DNA of 64,000 nt from Convolutriloba macropyga (taxonomy: Eukaryota), in the NCBI RefSeq assembly GCF_964194025.1, contig NC_134474.1, positions 1,178,001-1,242,000 on the forward strand. The letters are read 5' to 3'. Below are positions 60,358 through 64,000 of the stretch, piece after piece. The position numbers and the translations under genes were made by a program. The notes beneath the pieces were generated by a model that ran no database searches, had not been told where the DNA came from, and saw nothing but the letters and a program-made list of their open reading frames with translations. Position 1 is the stretch's first letter, and the number at the start of each line of letters is the position of its first letter.

Positions 60358-61398
60358 TCACTGTGTTTCCACCGATCCCAGTTTTTTTGACTGTGCTATT
60401 ATTGTTCGCTTTCTTTCATATTTAGCAACCGCTAATAGTATAAGAAGTCAACAAGCTTGGTTTAACATCGCATTACACTGCTTAGCAGATCGAATGAAAA
60501 GTGCATGTCATGCTAAAATGGCCGCCGCCATTGACAAAGAAAGCCACCACCACTAACAGAATGAAAACAAGTGAAAATTTCGAATATAAGATGCCCTTAA
60601 AAATTAGCTAGTAAAGTGAGTATTTATTAAAATCTTTATTTAATTTTTAATAGATTATACAAATCATTCAATTTAATAGAAGGATTTAATTATTATTTTA
60701 CTTTAAAACATGTAATTACTTGGGAAATGATAAATAATTTTAAGTTAAAAATCATGTGAGAATATTCTAGAAAAAGAATGTTCTAGAATAATTCTCCACG
60801 TGGGGACCTTTATCCTCAACGGCACTTTTTGGCTATTCATCATGAGTTTCACTTCACTACAAAAACTGTAAAATGATACATTAATATTGTTCAGTCAGCT
60901 TAATATTAGTATTCAGTCAGCCTAATAATTAAAATTAAAATTGTTCAAGCATTCTGTAGTTGCACCCTCCCCCACAGTTGCCATTAAGAAAGGTCGAGCA
61001 GTACTGCCGTAGCGTGGTAAAGGCGAGTCAACCTTTTATCAAGACCTCCCAAGACTCGGCTCAAAAATGTAACCAGGTACATAGAATCACTCAGTTAAAC
61101 ATCATAGATCAATCGTCTCCTGGTTAAAGTCAAAAATTTTAAAGCAACTTGTTTCTTATTATCCAATTCTAAGCAATTTTGAGTTATTTTCAGTCCATCC
61201 GATTCTATTGAAAAAAAACTTTGTGAGATGATTAACCTGATTTATTTCAGTATAGTTTGGCATATTAGATATGAAATTAGGCTTAAACCTAGCTTTGAGA
61301 ACTTTTGGATATTAGTGTATGAATTGCATAAATTATACTGGCTAGCTATGTACATTTTTGTACACAATTGTGCGCGTAGTATGTATTTATAGTGGTGA

Positions 61399-61526
61399 AT
61401 ATAGTAGTGGATAAAACAAGGGATTCAACAAACAGTAAAATTTGGCCCGATTCGACATGCGCGATTAGCGTTAGGAGAAAGGGACAAATTTTACTGGTGG
61501 TTGAACCCCTTGTTTTATCCACTACT
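61399..61526 (-). repeat. Right TIR of element B (self-complementary)
   Basis: AGTAGTGGATAAAACA 61403...TGTTTTATCCACTACT 61526, followed by the TSD. Confidence 0.95.
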
Positions 61527-61859
61527 GCTCAAATGCAGGGTAATTAATTAAAACGTTTCAATATCGTCACGCAAGGTTGAATATTGGCAATTTTTAGGTT
61601 GAATTTTTGCGTTTTGACTTTAAGCTATTGTTCATTCATATCCGAGGTTTGTTTTATTCATGTTACGGGCTCAACTACAACAAATACACTTAGCGTTTCC
61701 TATCAGTCATCTGGGCAATGAGCAGAGTTTGTGAAAATACTCAAAATTGATCGACGAACGGAACAGAGCAATTAGGTCAACTTAAAAAACTGGAAAATAT
61801 GGATTAGGGATTTAAATATGTGAATAATGCAAACTAAGGATAAGATTCAATAGTTTCAA

Positions 61860-62620
61860 AAGGTGTTTCAAGTCTTTATCAGTACTTCTCAAGTGAAATT
61901 CATGTCTTGAATTGGCGAATAAGTACTGATCACGTCTTATTTCAAGTGTTAACACTTGTGAAGACTTGTTCAAGTCTTGTTAAGTCTAAATCAGGTCTTA
62001 CCCAAAGTCTCGAGTCGAGTTGTCACCAATATTTGACAAATCTTGAGCCAAGTCTTGACCAAGTCTTGTCAAGTATTTTTTTTTGCAATGTTAGCAGAGT
62101 ACAGTTTTGAGAAGGCGTTATCTATAAGTAATGCATTTTAAAATTAGCTGGAAGTGCTCACTTTTTAACTGATTTTTGTTAAAATGACCAATCCAATTTT
62201 GATATGAGCATCTACCAACTTAAAGTATCCCCAATATTCAGTCGCAGATCAATTTGTTTTGAATGGGCAGTAAATAGTGGCCATGATTGGTATATTTGGC
62301 TGGCACAAGAATTTTTTTCGTTCACTCTCAAATGAATTCTTCAGAAGTGCTCTTGTTTTCTTGGGCCTCGTTTTTCACATTGGAGACTTTTCAAAAGGCA
62401 ACTCATTATAAATGGCCGTCTTTTTTGTCGTTACGAAACGAAAAACACAACAAATTCTGCTACTGACTAGGCATGTCAATTATGGCATGGACGTGTTAAA
62501 TCTTGGCCAAGACTTGCCAAGACTTAAGACTTGATTGAAAATTTGCCAAGTCTAAAAATATCTTGATCAGAGCTCTGATACAGTACTGACTCGAGACTTG
62601 CAATAAGACTTTTTCAGTGT
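61860..62620. mobile_element. Possible MITE-like element with CAAGACTTG/CAAGTCTTG subterminal repeats
   Basis: CAAGTCTTG cluster at ~61960-62075 mirrored by a CAAGACTTG cluster at ~62505-62612; exact ends unclear. Confidence 0.4.
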
Positions 62621-64000
62621 TGAGTAAGAATGAAGCCTCCGTCCGTGTGACTAGCACAAATGTACATCGTGGCTCAAATGCTTTTTGCTGTCTAAATAGT
62701 CTAAATAGTAATTAGAATGAATTTTATTTCAGTTGATATTTGGGCTAATTGAGATTGTTCCTGCAGAAAGAAGCCCATAAAATGTATTTCTTCTGAAATT
62801 AGTTCCAATGACTTGATTAGTAACATAATTACAGTAATCTTGTACAATAGTGACGAAATCTCCGCCCTAGTTTTCACGTTGATGTAGATTTTCATCGAGC
62901 AAATAGTAGTGACCGATAAATCAAGCTTTGAGGCACCTGTGTTAAGTGAAACTAAGTTACTCCAACGTTTGCAGCACTAATTTTTTAACATCCGAACAAA
63001 AAGTTACACGTTTTCATGCTCGCTGAAGACAGCTATTTGCCAATTAATGAATAAACTGGTTTTCATGAAAAACAAAAAAAACACGAATAAATCAAGATCA
63101 TTGAAGGAAGATGAGCTAAATGTTATTTAAAATTTACAATGTGCCTCGCTCATGTGGTTTTGAATAGTTTCAATGGCAATATGATAATGGCAGAAGTAGC
63201 GAAATATAGACTTTTAAGATTAGCCAATATGAAATTAAGAATATATAGTTCCTTTGTTTCTAGTTCACTAAGCGTTGAAGTTTCTGCTCACAGTCATTTC
63301 ATTGTTCCAGATAAAATATGCCAATAAACTCAATTATACTCAGAAATCCCTATATTAGCACGAAAAAAATGCACTTTTTAAACCTCCATACGGTTATGAA
63401 AATAGTATGTACTGGGACTTGGTTACAGTTCTATAAACTGGATGACGAATGTAATAATGAATGTAGGTTAGCCAGGGTGCAGAAGTTGTACAAGTTCAGA
63501 AGCAGCGTTTCTTCCACTTGGCACAGCCACACACACTTATCGAAGCACAGAAGTTGGTTAGTAGAGTAAAATATATCTATTGTCAATATTGAATGTGTGC
63601 ATCTATACTTGTCCCTATCTTGTCTCATATGACCTTATACCTATTTGACCTCGATTGGTTTGAGAATTTTGCACAAGATTTTTAAAAACAAAATAGGGTT
63701 ACAAAACAGTTTTTGTAGATCATAACTAGTCTCGTTTCAATGCACAAGAATGGGTATGAAGGGGCTGTTTGTTTTGGTGTGTTCAGTTCACGACGTACAC
63801 TTTGGAATCGGAAGTACAAAGAGAGATAGACGAGAGGGAATCCTGGCCTCATTTCAGACACAACTTCGTGTCCAAATTCATGCGAGAGAAGGAGAGACAG
63901 AAAGCTATGCTGCAACCGAGGGGGGAACAAAACAACACCAGACAATTTAGAGATCAAAACTGTCACAGATGACAGCAATGAATCAATTTTAATTTATTAT

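Larger units (their letters stand above)
45073..61526. mobile_element. Complete Maverick/Polinton (adintovirus-like) element B, 16454 bp
   Basis: AGTAGT...ACTACT ends; 6-bp TSD GCTCAA at 45067-45072 and 61527-61532; ~129-bp TIRs; pPolB, integrase, MCP, penton, protease and ATPases. Confidence 0.97.

Overview
Repeat-dense eukaryotic (probably animal) genomic DNA with no confidently identifiable host gene and one assembly gap (13244-13412). Two unrelated Maverick/Polinton (adintovirus-like) endogenous viral elements dominate the window. Element A (<1-12657, all genes on -, left end outside the window) has a ZnF-pPolB gene split by two GT-AG introns, an operon-like protease/MCP/core/penton/integrase/ATPase cassette with ATGA/TAATG overlaps, and a tRNA-derived Pol III unit next to its terminus. 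Element B (45073-61526) is complete, flanked by a 6-bp TSD (GCTCAA) and very AT-rich, and is the most unusual part. Each of its ~125-bp TIRs is a self-complementary hairpin whose arms co-vary. It encodes a protease-ATPase fusion, a second membrane-anchored packaging-type ATPase, and a membrane protein with tandem PTAP and LYPDL ESCRT late-domain motifs. It is also peppered with a family of 23-nt and 47-nt GC-rich hairpin micro-elements (A^TC...GA^T; net 21/45 nt) that sit in-frame inside its genes in both orientations and show compensatory base changes. Between the two elements lie decayed Gypsy and BEL/Pao LTR retrotransposons, a tandem LTR array, a 403-bp palindromic LTR, a ~0.9-kb triplication and MITE-like elements. 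All calls come from reading the sequence and motifs by eye; no searches were run.
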